64,000 nucleotides of DNA, from contig CM121342.1 of assembly GCA_051530055.1 (NCBI GenBank), forward strand, positions 10,369,480 through 10,433,479. The letters run 5' to 3'. Under the pieces are notes generated by a model. The model made no database searches and was not told where the DNA came from. It saw only the letters and a list, made by a program, of their open reading frames with translations. Both the position numbers and the translations under genes were made by a program. The stretch comes from Neoechinorhynchus agilis (Eukaryota; Animalia; Acanthocephala). Shown here piece by piece: positions 36,577 to 49,744 of this stretch; position 1 is the first letter of the stretch; every line of letters starts with the position of its first letter.

Positions 36577-36750
36577 CGTCGCACAAGATTTCTCGTATTG
36601 CGCAATTGGCACGGAAGAATGGCTTAAATACTAATACGTCATGAAAATGCGAAAATTCCTTCAATTTTTTTATTTTGCAAAACGGACATAAAAACAAAAC
36701 CTTATTGAAAATATCGATTATTGGTATGGGGAAAAAGTCGAAATTAGTGA
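36577..36750. repeat. Dispersed repeat, apparently identical to 63828-64000
   Basis: gtcgcacaagatttctcgtattgcgcaattggc...gaaaaagtcgaaattagtga matches by eye with no difference seen. Confidence 0.92.
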
Positions 36751-37809
36751 TCATGTTAGAAATAATTTTTTGTCATCATCGATTTGAGATAAATCCACAA
36801 AGCTTTTACTTTCATTCAGCAGAGATGTTAGCAATTTTAGAAAGCATTTAAACTAAAATGAGCAATATTATCTAAATGGCTAATAGTTAACTCATTGCTT
36901 CAAATTATCGTACTGTCGGACTACATTTAGCCTCAGAACATTTTTAATCATGCACACTAAAATGTTTGTGTGTGTCGTATGAAACACGGAATAAAAAGAC
37001 GTTCATCATCGGCCGATTTATTGGAATGCCCTCAGTAATCCTTTGGTCATCACAATCAGACGAGTAAACGGTACTAAACATCACAGGGCTTACGCAGTAG
37101 TCCAAATAAATGAGAAAGGAACAACGTGTGGTAAAGTGCAACGGCACGAAAGAATTTTGAAAATAAAGCATTACGACGTCACTGGCAAAGACAACGCTTC
37201 GTTACGACACTGCAAAAAAATTGACATACTTTTCACTCTTTACATCCAGTCTATGATTCCTTCGAGATAATAAAGTTTGAATTGTGGTGATCATAACCAA
37301 TCTCAACCTCAGTCCCAATATTCATGATTATGTTTAAACTACGTCATAGCTGCCACGTCACAACATTTTCGACCACTAATGCCAAAATGCGTACGGTCGA
37401 AAGAAGAGTCTTCTTATAATGCGTCGAGAGTAGCACAGAACTAAGAGTACATATATTCGGGTTATATAATAGGCTTTGACACGAAAGAATCTTCAAAATA
37501 TGTTATCATCTCGACACTTTATCGTTAAAGAATAATGTAAATTTTGATTGATTCCATCTGTGTAACGAAAATCGACAAGGGCGTCGTGCGCCATTGTAGA
37601 AAAATAAGTTATTCACATACATATAATGCGCGCCCGCGTTTTGTTTGTCGAATAAAACCTTTCTAAAGGTCACTGATACACGATTACAACAATCAGTCTT
37701 TAAATAATTCGAATGTTACAAATTACACAACGTGAGTGTTCGTTTGATTCGGTTTTGCGAATTACCGACGTTCGTCGCATGCATTTATAAGATTTTCATC
37801 AAACAATCA

Positions 37810-38180
37810 TAACGCCTTTTAACACCACCACCAACATCATTTTTATCACATTTTATTCCTCTTTTCACATAAGCACACTACTCTCAATATCAATTCATTT
37901 CATCTTCCCTCTAATTCCGCTACTTTTTCCATACTGGCGAATCTTCTCTGATGTAATGACCCGAAATGAACCTGAGGAAAGACCCAACCTTACAAGCGTT
38001 CCTGCAAACAACAACCGCCAACTTTCTCACTCAACCGAGCATTCCCATCCGACCTAACCCGTAATTCACTCGAAAATCAACAACCGCATTCATTTAACAA
38101 ATCAGAACTAGAGTTCTCACGAAAACCTAGAGGTACATTGTTTCCTTGCTTTGAGCAATAAAATGTGTTATTATTTTACG
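37810..38180 (+). mobile_element. 3' fragment of the CR1/L2-like LINE family
   Basis: Matches the reverse complement of 59240-59420 and 13520-13650. Ends agaggtacattg...aataaaatgtgttattatt. Confidence 0.8.
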
Positions 38181-38184
38181 GTGC

Positions 38185-39385
38185 GGATATGGAAAAAGAA
38201 AGGCAATCCAGCAGAGTGCTGAAACTACCGCCCGATCAGACCCCTGTCGCATACGATGAAAATATTTGAGCGTGTCATCGACAAGCGGACTCGCACTATC
38301 GTCGATTTACCGGTTAAGCAAGCTGGATTTGTCAAAGGATGTGGCACCACAGATGCGATTCATGTAGCACGACTGCTTATCGAAAAGTATCGTGAAATAG
38401 GTCGCCCAAATCATTTGGCATTTATTGACCTAGAAAAAGCTTTCGATCGAGTACCACACGAGCTGATTTGATATGCACTCCGTCAACACAAAATCCCTGA
38501 ACAATTGATCGAATGGGTCATGTTGCTCTGCCGAAATGCAAAGGCTCGTGTCAGGAATGTGGCAGGAATCTCGAAACCGTATCCAATAAGCGTTGGAGTT
38601 CATCAGGGAAGTGCTGGGATAAGCTCAGATATCCAACGTCCAGTGCCGTTCACGATACTGTATGCCGATGACGTCCTCCTAGCATCTGAAGACAAAGAGG
38701 AACTTGAAAGGGTGGTCCAAGTATGGAGAGACAGATTTGCGCGATTCAGTTTAAAGATGAACCTGACGAAAACACAATATCTAACAATCGATCAACAAAC
38801 GAAAGGAACACTCAACATAGACCAAATAGATTTGCCGCTCGCGTTGACGGGAAATAACAAATAGAATCAGCGCAACTTGGATGAAATGGCGGTCAGCAAC
38901 TGGCGTCCTGTGCGATCAGCGAATCAAGACGCATTCCAAGTCGAGGATTTAACGCTCAGTAGTTCGCCCCGTGCCCCTCTATGGAGCCAAATGCCGGCCA
39001 ATCACCAAGCACGACGAACATCGTCTAAGCTTCATGGAGACAAAGATGCTAAGAAGGATGAGCGGCATCACATTGTCCGGTCGTATCAATCAAGCGACGA
39101 CATTCGAAATCGCTTCGGTGTTATGCCGATCAAGGATAAAATGCGTGAGGCCCAACGGAGATGGTACAGTCATTCGCTGCGTTCGCGAAGAAGGGATTGG
39201 CCATCGAAGTTGACGGAAGGCGCCCAGGAGGGAAACCAAAGCAACGTTGGTTAGACACCCTACACGTGGACCTTAAAGAATCGAAGCTGCATCCAGATCG
39301 GGCTTTCGATCGGGACAAGTGGAAGCAAAAGTCCTCAATAGCCGACCTCTCCCCCAAACGGGAAAAAGGCTAAGAAAAAGAGAAG
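38185..39385 (+). mobile_element. 5'-truncated, degenerate RTE LINE
   Basis: MKIFERVID, QAGFVKGCGTTDAI, AFIDLEKAFDRVPH, GVHQGS and ILYADDV motifs, with an AAG-rich 3' tail (aaaggctaagaaaaagagaag). Confidence 0.9.
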
Positions 39386-39419
39386 ATTATTGTTTGCTCG
39401 TATTTTTGGTGATAAGTAA

Positions 39420-39563
39420 ATATTGATTTATTATTCTCAATATTTCGTTTGTTTCGTCGGACTTCTTCAGGTTGTTTAAGTGATTCTAGTGCGAATAAAA
39501 CACTTAAACAATCTGAAAAAGTCCGACGAAATGGACGAAATATTTAGAATAATAAATCAATAT
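39420..39563. mobile_element. MITE-like hairpin (63 bp arms, 18 nt loop)
   Basis: atattgatttattattct...gttgtttaagtg is complementary to cacttaaacaat...agaataataaatcaatat. Fragments of the family lie at ~7830, ~8435, ~8705, ~14040, ~23390 and ~58375. Confidence 0.8.
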
Positions 39564-40147
39564 CTATTTTCCTTTTTTTCATCACGTGAAACATTGAAGG
39601 AGTTTTATTAAATTCGATATTTCGGAGGCACGAGATTGTGCCTTTATCTAGAAATAAAACTCCTTTATTTTTTTCCGTCATAATCAAGCATGAATAATTA
39701 AATCATGAAACGTTATTATTAAACGCATTAAATTGAAAAGACAGCGAAAATTCCATCAGCTTATTAAAGAGTCGATCTATATGGAAATGGCCAATACGAT
39801 GGAAGGAAACAAAGTAAAACATACCCTCTAATGACCTTTAGTTGGCCTAAATGCAGCCTACGGAGTTGATGATCCCGCATAACCGAGTCAAACGAATACT
39901 CACGTCGTGTGATTGCGTGCTAATTTTTAGATTTGAATTATTTAATGACTGATTCACATCTCTTGCAGGCTTCGAATACCGACCAAAATAATAACTTATT
40001 TTATCTTCATCATAATGTAATCTTCAATAGTCTAGACATAAATCAAAAAGGCTTCGTTCGTTGGTTCCCAGTATAGAATTCACATATCAATGGTTGTAAT
40101 TTAACGACATGTCGCATTGATTTTTTTCGCGTTTCGTTAGTTATAGA

Positions 40148-40471
40148 ATGCAATGTTCGACTGCAGGATCTCTAATTTACCTGGACACAACTATCGGAAT
40201 AGCGCTGAAGGAAGCAGTGAACGATCTTGTTGAGGAAAGAGTGCTTAATTCAATGGAAGGAAGTCTTGTCCTTGATGAATTCAATAAAATAATGATTGGT
40301 TTTATTAAAAGAATCGAAGTGAATGCTCGACTGGATGGCGAGCTCTGTTCCTTTCGGCATGTCGATGATACCTGGCAAATTACCATAAAGAACGCAAGGA
40401 TAATGTCAAATGGATTGCATCGGCGAATGCCTGAGTTAGTGATTCGAGCCTATGAAACTCGACAAGAGTAA
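40148..40471 (+). CDS. GTF2A2: Divergent TFIIA gamma (small) subunit, intronless
   Basis: YLDTTIGIALKEAVNDLV..LVLDEFNK..GELCSFRHVDDTWQI..LVIRAYE aligns collinearly with TFIIA-gamma (YRNTTLG..SLDELI..VLLQFDK..GSLNTYRFCDNVWTF..VKIVACD). The length of 107 aa fits. Confidence 0.75.
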   Translation: MQCSTAGSLIYLDTTIGIALKEAVNDLVEERVLNSMEGSLVLDEFNKIMIGFIKRIEVNARLDGELCSFRHVDDTWQITIKNARIMSNGLHRRMPELVIRAYETRQE

Positions 40472-40905
40472 TGAATTACAAATAATTTTTTTGTAAAAGC
40501 AATAAAATGATGTTAAATGTATTTTTCCTGGGTTATTAGTCCAAGTTTGGCAAAAATCGAGCATGAAAAGATGAGTTCTGAAAACGTCGATCATTGAAAA
40601 ATTCTTTTCCTGCGCTTTAATTATCCTAACCTCTTGATTAAGTATTTCGAACGGTAAGAGGACATTTTCCACGGCTCTGTCAATTGAGAGAGAGAGTTCT
40701 AATAGATGTTTTAGTTATACTTTACCAGCGAACTGGGCGACATTCCATCCGTTAATAAAAATTAGTTTACTAAAAGCGGAAAAGTTCAACATAGTGAGTA
40801 GTCATAACAAAGGCATTAAAACTACATATTTTGCATTTAAATGATTAAATCATATAAAGAATATCAATTATGGTGCATATACTCCCGGTTGAAGCGTATT
40901 TTGGT

Positions 40906-41033
40906 GTTATGAAATATTTTGAAAGAGAGGAAACCTCATCTCATGAGCTGAAAAGATTTTTTCTTGGTGTTAAAACCTTTCCTTTTTAAATTAATGATGA
41001 GGCGAGGCTTCCTCTTTCGAAATATCTCGTAAC
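40906..41033. mobile_element. MITE-like hairpin with arms related to the satellite monomer
   Basis: gttatgaaatattttgaaagagaggaaacctcatctcat pairs with atgaggcgaggcttcctctttcgaaatatctcgtaac. Confidence 0.65.
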
Positions 41034-41403
41034 AATAAAATCCGTTTATTTTAAGTAAATAATTTTTTTAATAAATAACCTTTAAATTCCATTTGCTAAC
41101 TCATGATTTACCCGATTTTAAGAGAAGAAATTAAAAAGGGCATTAGAATATTACTCAAAGTTTTAAACGAATTCTCAAAACATTGTTGATACATTCTCAC
41201 AAGAGCAAGCCTCGATGCAGCCATTTTGTTTCCTGTGCTGCAGAGTTCAACTTAAAAGAATGTACGCAGTCTTTTTTCTGTATGATGCACGCAAGATCTA
41301 TTTAAAACATGAAGAAAATGTACATTTTTACGTGCATTCAAACACATTCATCGCACGCGATATTTCCTGACGAACAAAAAGTATTCACTGTGTGTGTATT
41401 GCA

Positions 41404-42597
41404 ATGAGTACATCGCCACAAGCAGTTAGAAGAACAAATCGTAAGACGGTATTGACTATTCAACAACCCGACAACACTTATTTCTCCGATGAAACCATAA
41501 AAGGTGTTGTGGAACTTCCACTTACTGAAAAATTCTGCGATCTAAACGCAGTTCTCAAATGCTCATATCAATCGATTCTAAGGGACTATGGAGCTGATCC
41601 AACTAACCCATCATATTTTATCACAGTTCCGATAGAGCGACGAACACTTCATGAACTACGAACTAAGTGCATTCCGTTACCCGATAGAGATGATCAAGAA
41701 GACTACAATTTCTTCAACTTTAGTATTGAGCTGTGCAAGAATTGCCCGCCGTCTATCTCTAATCAAAAGTTTCGAATCTTGTATGTCCTTAAAATTCGAA
41801 GAAGAGGAACAGTTCGAAAACAAGTGACTCTTGCCAAACAGTTCGTGAGAGTCATTGCAAGGTCACCACCTCAGTCGTGCACCGTCCTTGCTAACGATAC
41901 ATTATGTGAACATGATCTTAAACTTGAAAAAGTAAACAATCGTGATTCCGTAATGCATCTACGAAAGGGGATGTGAATTGATGTACATAGCAAGAAAGTA
42001 AGTCCAATCGAAGGCTAATGAAACTGCCATGTATCTAGGGTTTTTAATTGCGTCTTGACCTGCGTAAATTTTTTTTGTAAATTAAAGAAATAGGGCTCTA
42101 AAGTGCTACTAAAGAAGAACATTTTGCCGTACCTTCCAAAATGCTTGTTTGCTTGGCATTTTCACATCCTCTGACTTGTAAAATGTCCTCGTCTCATCAC
42201 AATACCTTCAAAGAATGAAATCAGCTTGTTAATAGACAAATCGAATACATTAATAAAGTATGTCTCAATATCCTTGCGACAAATACATCGATGGCTTGAC
42301 TTGCCTATCGTTCGTGAAGAAATAGAAGTATGCAATTTTTACCGGAGTAGATCTGAGCCATCGATCGCCATAAACTGTCTTGTAACGAATTCATGCCTCT
42401 CGTCTACGGGGGTGTATCATCATCACCGAAAATTAGGAGGCTACAACAAATATAAAGAAGATACAATGCAATTCATGGTGTCTTATCGAATTGTTATTGA
42501 AATAAAACTCAAATCTGGTCGATCAATCGAATTTAAAATTCCTGTTATTGTACATAATCAATCATATGGTAAATCATGTTTTGTAGACGAAAAATAA
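41404..42597 (+). CDS. Arrestin-fold (alpha-arrestin-like) protein, 2-3 exons
   Basis: TYFSDETIKGVVEL and FNFSIELCKNCPPSI..ILYVLKI fit Arrestin_N. IDKSNTLIKYVSISLRQ and VSYRIVIEIK..FKIPVIV fit Arrestin_C. An in-frame TGA at 42172 needs a second intron or implies a pseudogene. Confidence 0.55.
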
Positions 42598-42937
42598 ATA
42601 AAATTTCCATATATGATGAGGCATTTGTAGTTGTCGAATCTTAGTTGAGTTTTCAAGCAATCAAAATGCATGACAAAAATTCACTAGAAAATAAGTCAAA
42701 TTTAAACATTAGAAAATGCGATCATGATATATTATAACGAATTCTACGCTTAAATATTCTGATTGCAATTTTGACATCAATACCGGTGCTGGGGTCGACA
42801 AATGATTTGTAGAATGATAACAATGGCTTTAAATGTATTCAACAGAATTTTTCGCCGCAATAGTTAATTGTTTTTATAAACATTTCATGTATTTTGCGAG
42901 ACTGTGCAAAGGCTCCATTTTAACAGGAAGACGAGAT

Positions 42938-43654
42938 TTAATACTCTTCTGATTGACAACAGGACATTGATGATTCGTCTTGATTGTTATCATCTTTTTT
43001 AGCCAAAGCGTCACTTGTAGCATCACAGTCGGATTTTTCAACCGAATCTTTAGTCGCTTCGGACTCGTCACTATCTGTTGTATCGCTATTTTTGCAATCC
43101 TCGTCTTCATTAGTAGAGACGAATTTTGGCATTTTTCGCGTACTTTTCGTTGTTTCATCTCTTGACTTTTTCATGAGAAATTCGATATGCGAAACCAGAC
43201 ATACGGCGTCTTCTTCAGTTGGAAGTTCAATGGTAACATTGACGTAGGGTGTTCGCTTGAGTGATAGCATCGACGGGACTGATCGTTCCTGAATAGTATT
43301 TCCGTACACTTGCCGAATCGTTAATCGCACAACACTATCTTTGATTATCTCCGACTCGACAATAGTCACAGGGTCATTAAGTGAGATTAAATAGTCGAAA
43401 ATGACAAATGAACTTGTACCGTCCGATAAACAGATAGTGTATTCGCCAATTCCAGTCTCAGTGTCAACGTGGTAATCAGAATCTATTATCAGATCGAAAG
43501 ATTTATGGAGTTGAGAGCAGTGGTAAAGACGACATGGTTTCGCTAGTAGTTGACTAACTTTACGTCGACCATCGCGGTATAATTGAGGAGGTGATTGGTC
43601 GTCGTCAGCAGTAACAGTAGCAGCAGCAGATATTGGGCCTATATTAAAAAGCAC
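42938..43654 (-). CDS. Orphan protein (~238 aa) with a beta-rich N-terminal half and an acidic Ser/Asp tail; ATG not identified
   Basis: Long stop-free frame with protein-like composition, 210 bp downstream of RANBP3 on the same strand. Confidence 0.55.
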   Translation of the reverse strand: MLFNIGPISAAATVTADDDQSPPQLYRDGRRKVSQLLAKPCRLYHCSQLHKSFDLIIDSDYHVDTETGIGEYTICLSDGTSSFVIFDYLISLNDPVTIVESEIIKDSVVRLTIRQVYGNTIQERSVPSMLSLKRTPYVNVTIELPTEEDAVCLVSHIEFLMKKSRDETTKSTRKMPKFVSTNEDEDCKNSDTTDSDESEATKDSVEKSDCDATSDALAKKDDNNQDESSMSCCQSEEY

Positions 43655-43750
43655 TTTTGAGACTCAATGAATACTAAAAGCGATTCAAATGCGCACCAAA
43701 AGAAACCAAGAGTTTCCCCAATGCAACTTTATTACGCTTTTGTTTATGAC

Positions 43751-43831
43751 GGTTAAATCCGAGATATTTCGGATCCTGTTTCGCAAATCAGGCACAAGAT
43801 TGTGTGCCTTCAAAATATCTCGGATTTAACC
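43751..43831. repeat. Short nested hairpin element; family members at 45140-45365, ~39610-39660, ~14010-14090 and ~23355-23440
   Basis: Arms ggttaaatccgagatatttcg / aaaatatctcggatttaacc around the inner palindrome ggcacaagattgtgtgcc. Confidence 0.75.
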
Positions 43832-43865
43832 AAAATTCCTTTTTTTTCTGCGAGAATATCTAAAT

Positions 43866-44799
43866 TTAGAACATCTCAAAAATGCTTAACATATCTCCCT
43901 CTACACTACTTAATTTTGTCCTTTTCCTCCTACTACGTTCATAGCAATCATTGGTATCTCCTTCGACTCCAGTTTTAATCCGTATTGAAAGCTTGTCCAT
44001 CAGTTCCTCGCATCCGCTATACGATCCACGTATACTAAATACTTTGAACAGTCGTCGTTGAGTAGAGTCATCCCGAACACATGCACTGAACCGAACGGAC
44101 GTTGCTGAAGTCCGCATGAGGCTCATTTTATCAAAGACAAGAGTGTTCAAGATAACACGTTGACTTCCTGCGGTTCTAAATAGAATTCTGGACGAAATCG
44201 GGCCATCGTTGAGGTACAAAGTCCCCGGTCCATGGTCCTTCCAACCGCCCTTTCCACTTGAGAAACCAAATAATTTGCATTTCATCTGACCCAACGGATT
44301 ATTCGCAGATTGAGATGAAATTTAAAGGAGGCAAACTAACCTCAACAATCGTATGCTCGCCGTCTTCATTTGAACTCGGCACCGCTTTGTCAACACTCAC
44401 ATCTCCAACATCTTTCCTACTTGGAGATGAACGTTTCCGAAAGGGAGATTCGCTTCTTTTTTCAAATGAACCTAAAAGGACGCAGTTAATTTTGTTTTAA
44501 AATGATAAAATACGCTGACCTTCTAATAATGTTGTATTAAACAGTGGTTTTGCGATTGGTGCTTTTGCATCGGATGAGTCACGGGTGCCTCCCGGTGATA
44601 GAAATGACTGTTTTATTCCTTGCTGCGATATTGCTGAAGAGAAATAATTGCCTTCGACGCACTTTAGGCAATCTAAACTCACAGCACCGAACAGGTGCTC
44701 CTGCTTCCTTTCAGTTCCTTGTTGCTGAGAACTGGAATCCTCATCGGTTATTACAGACTCAATTTCTTCGTTCCCTTGATCGCCACCACCAAATGACAT
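43866..44799 (-). CDS. RANBP3: Ran-binding protein 3-like (RanBD), 3 exons
   Basis: EDGEHTIVE|MKCKLFGF..WKDHGPGTLYLND..SRILFRTAGSQRVILNT..FKVFSIRGS matches the RANBP3 Ran-binding domain. GT-AG introns join the exons. Confidence 0.8.
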
Positions 44800-45010
44800 T
44801 TGTATTCATCGCATCGATTTGGCTGACAAAGTTAGAAAGGAACAGTGAAAACTTTCTTCCGTATATAAGCGGGATTCGGTTTTCAGGAAGAATATGCGAT
44901 CTCTTTCTTGTGCATGTTGCGTCGTCGTCTGCCAAAAATCAAGTGTCGCAAATTCAAATCGCTGCTTTCTCGAATCTACGTGTGTGTGCGCGTTAATGAG
45001 AATCGCTCAG

Positions 45011-45018
45011 TGACGTCA
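45011..45018. promoter_or_regulatory. TGACGTCA in the divergent RANBP3/SRP54 promoter
   Basis: Exact palindrome between two head-to-head genes. Function is inferred. Confidence 0.4.
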
Positions 45019-45479
45019 GTGTCATGTCATTCGATTTTTTATTTTTGTACACGAGCTCAAAAAGTCGCGATTTCCAAATCACAAAAACATTTCTAAATAT
45101 CGTAAAATATAAACTTGAGAAACAACCTTGGTAAAAAAGCGTACAAGATTGTGTACCTTTGAATTACCTCGGATTTAACCAAAATTTCTACAATTTCGTG
45201 GTTTCCATCCTAAAAAATGTAAGATTTGGAAATCACGATTTTTTTGCGCGGAAAATTGAAGTAATTTTGGTTAAATCCGATATATTTCGAAGGCTTTCTT
45301 GGAAGTGTCTTGGAAAAACTTACGAAGATTGTGTGATTTCGAAATATCTCGGATTTAAGCAAATTTAATTTAATTTTCTTCGGCCATTCTAAAACAAGAA
45401 ACAAATTTCAAACAAATCTTGTTTCGCTGTTTTTTCTTAGTTTGTACTTTTGTTTAAATATTGTCTCCGTCGCCCTTAG

Positions 45480-47443
<1,964 letters not shown>

Positions 47444-47898
47444 TAGTACACGACCGACTAAATGAGGTGTTTAAAATAATGTTTTATTTTGAGTTATTTG
47501 ATTGGATATGGAACTGTCGTTTTATAGCATAGCACCAAATCTATTTCTTAAACGGATAAAACACATAATGAGTTTCTTTATAATTTATTTTCGTTGAAAA
47601 AAATATACTTAAAATCATAACTATCTAAATATCTAGAAGAAATGGTTCGAAAAGGTCGGCTCAATTCTCTAATGAGTATCGTGTTGCTTGTTGACAGCAA
47701 TTCAACCTGAATACGACGTTGCTGCAATACTAACAGCCCATACAAAATTTCGCACTCAAGACTTTTTTTGAGTGGATTATGATTCTAGGAAATATTAGAT
47801 CATCACGTCCTCTCTCTCAATTCAACATCCTCTCTCAGTTCAACGTCCTCTCTCAGTCAGTCAATGTCCTCTCTATCTCAGTCAACGTCGTCCATTCA

Positions 47899-48351
47899 AT
47901 GAGCGGTGAACGAGAATCGGACAAGTATTCCGCTTTTATTGATGTTACATTAAAGAAATGCTTTGAAAGAGTTACTGAAACTCTAAAGGACTCGTTAATT
48001 GAAGTGATGAGCACAGTTAAGGACATATTAGCGGAGGCTATTCGGTGCGAAATGGAAGCTCTCAAAAATGAACAGTTGATCGAAGTAAAAAAGTGTAAAG
48101 AGAAGAAAGTTAACGGTTCAAAAAGGCAGGCAAAAGTTTCAAAAATGAATTTTAAGAAACAGACTAAGGGGTTACTGAAATCGGATAATGAAGTGGCCAC
48201 AATGGAAAATAAGGTTTTGGTAGATGCCATCGATACGAATAGTGTCCTAAAGACTGAGAATGTTTCGACTTTTACCAGGGACTTGGTACCACCCTTAGAG
48301 GATATTCAGCCTGTAGTACTTTATGATTCGAATATTACTGTGGAACGATAG
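47899..48351 (+). CDS. Unidentified coiled-coil-rich ORF (~150 aa), possibly retroelement-associated
   Basis: Stop-free frame preceded by an ~18-bp minisatellite (47806-47890) and followed directly by LINE fragments. No family recognised. Confidence 0.3.
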   Translation: MSGERESDKYSAFIDVTLKKCFERVTETLKDSLIEVMSTVKDILAEAIRCEMEALKNEQLIEVKKCKEKKVNGSKRQAKVSKMNFKKQTKGLLKSDNEVATMENKVLVDAIDTNSVLKTENVSTFTRDLVPPLEDIQPVVLYDSNITVER

Positions 48352-48379
48352 GAAAAAGAAGGCAATCCAGCTGAAGTTA

Positions 48380-49100
48380 TTATTTCTTTATCTCTCACAG
48401 GCTCTACAAAAACCCTATCTAGAATTCATCGCAGTCCATTTCACAGCTCCTCTGAGAAACGATCCTAGATAATTCATAACTGCTAGCATCTATCGCCCTC
48501 CGGCCTCTCGACCTGAGTCCTCCTTGCTCCAAATTGACTCTATGGTAGAGCTCATAAACTCCACAAATTCTCAGCATTTCTTAATTGCAAGGGACTTCAA
48601 TAATCTATTTCCTCTTCTATCCTTCTCCGAGTTGCGTCAGCTTATTGACTTCCTAACTCGTCTTGACGCTCACCTCGACAAAGTGTTCACAAATATCGAC
48701 GCCTACTCATCCGCCTCTAAACTCCCTCCCCGCGAACTCTGATCATTCCTCTGCCCTTATCACTCCCCCCACCCCACCGCAGCGTATGAAATCTCCCAGT
48801 TTATCCGTGTGGGATAAACGCGATTATCACATCCAAAATTTTATAAAATTGTTCAACTCTAACATCCGCACATCTCTGACAACATAAATGACCCTTCCTT
48901 GGCCATGTGCTCCCTAACCTAGTAAGCTTCTATGACATTGCTTCGTCAACCACCAACTCCAACCGACCGGACTCGTAATCCACTCCAAAATCGATAGCCA
49001 GATTCATGTATCCAATCAGAACTCGAGTGTTTATGAAGACCCAAAGGTACACGGGTCCTCTTCTTTGTGAATCAACAAATAAAACGTGTTGTTATTATAA
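48380..49100 (+). mobile_element. Internally deleted CR1/L2-like LINE (APE endonuclease fragment and 3' end)
   Basis: ITASIYRPP..FLIARDFN..LDKVFTN are APE motifs. The 3' end aaggtacacgggtcctc...aataaaacgtgttgttattat is the family tail. Confidence 0.75.
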
Positions 49101-49744
49101 ATGCCGAAGAAAAGACATTTGAGAATAAATTCGATTTCCGCTTCATTTAAAATTATTATTGCCTTACTTGACTTAGCCATCAAATTAAACTCAAAACGGA
49201 TGTAAATAATGTTTTCTCATTTGGCGGCCGATCCTCGTTTTTGATGTAAATAATGTTGCGTATTAACTAATATCGATCGGTTGATAGCCATATCGTGCAG
49301 CTATTTGTGTGTACGTGGTGTGGGGTGAGGGTGCGGTTCATAAAAATAATAAAAACGGTTATGAAGCATCTAACAAATAAAACTATGCACGAAGAATTTA
49401 TTAGTATTTTACATTTTGAAATTTGATAGTCACTATTTTCAAAAGGAATTAATGCTAGTTTTTACGCCACTCACTGATGAGTAATGCCTAATCGGGTGGA
49501 AGCCTTGAGAATCCGGAGGGATGTTCAAACTCATAAACGTATGGTTCACTGATATTAAGTGATTTTATGCGCTTCCATGAACCATTTAGGTGGGCTGTAT
49601 ACATAAAGAAAATAATCGTCTGTGTAAGCGATGGTCACTTTAAATACATTTAAATATTTATGTTCGGAAAATTTGGAGATAAAATTTTAATATATTTTGA
49701 AACACCTAAATTTTTTATTTATTAAAATTTACAAGTTTTGGAAG

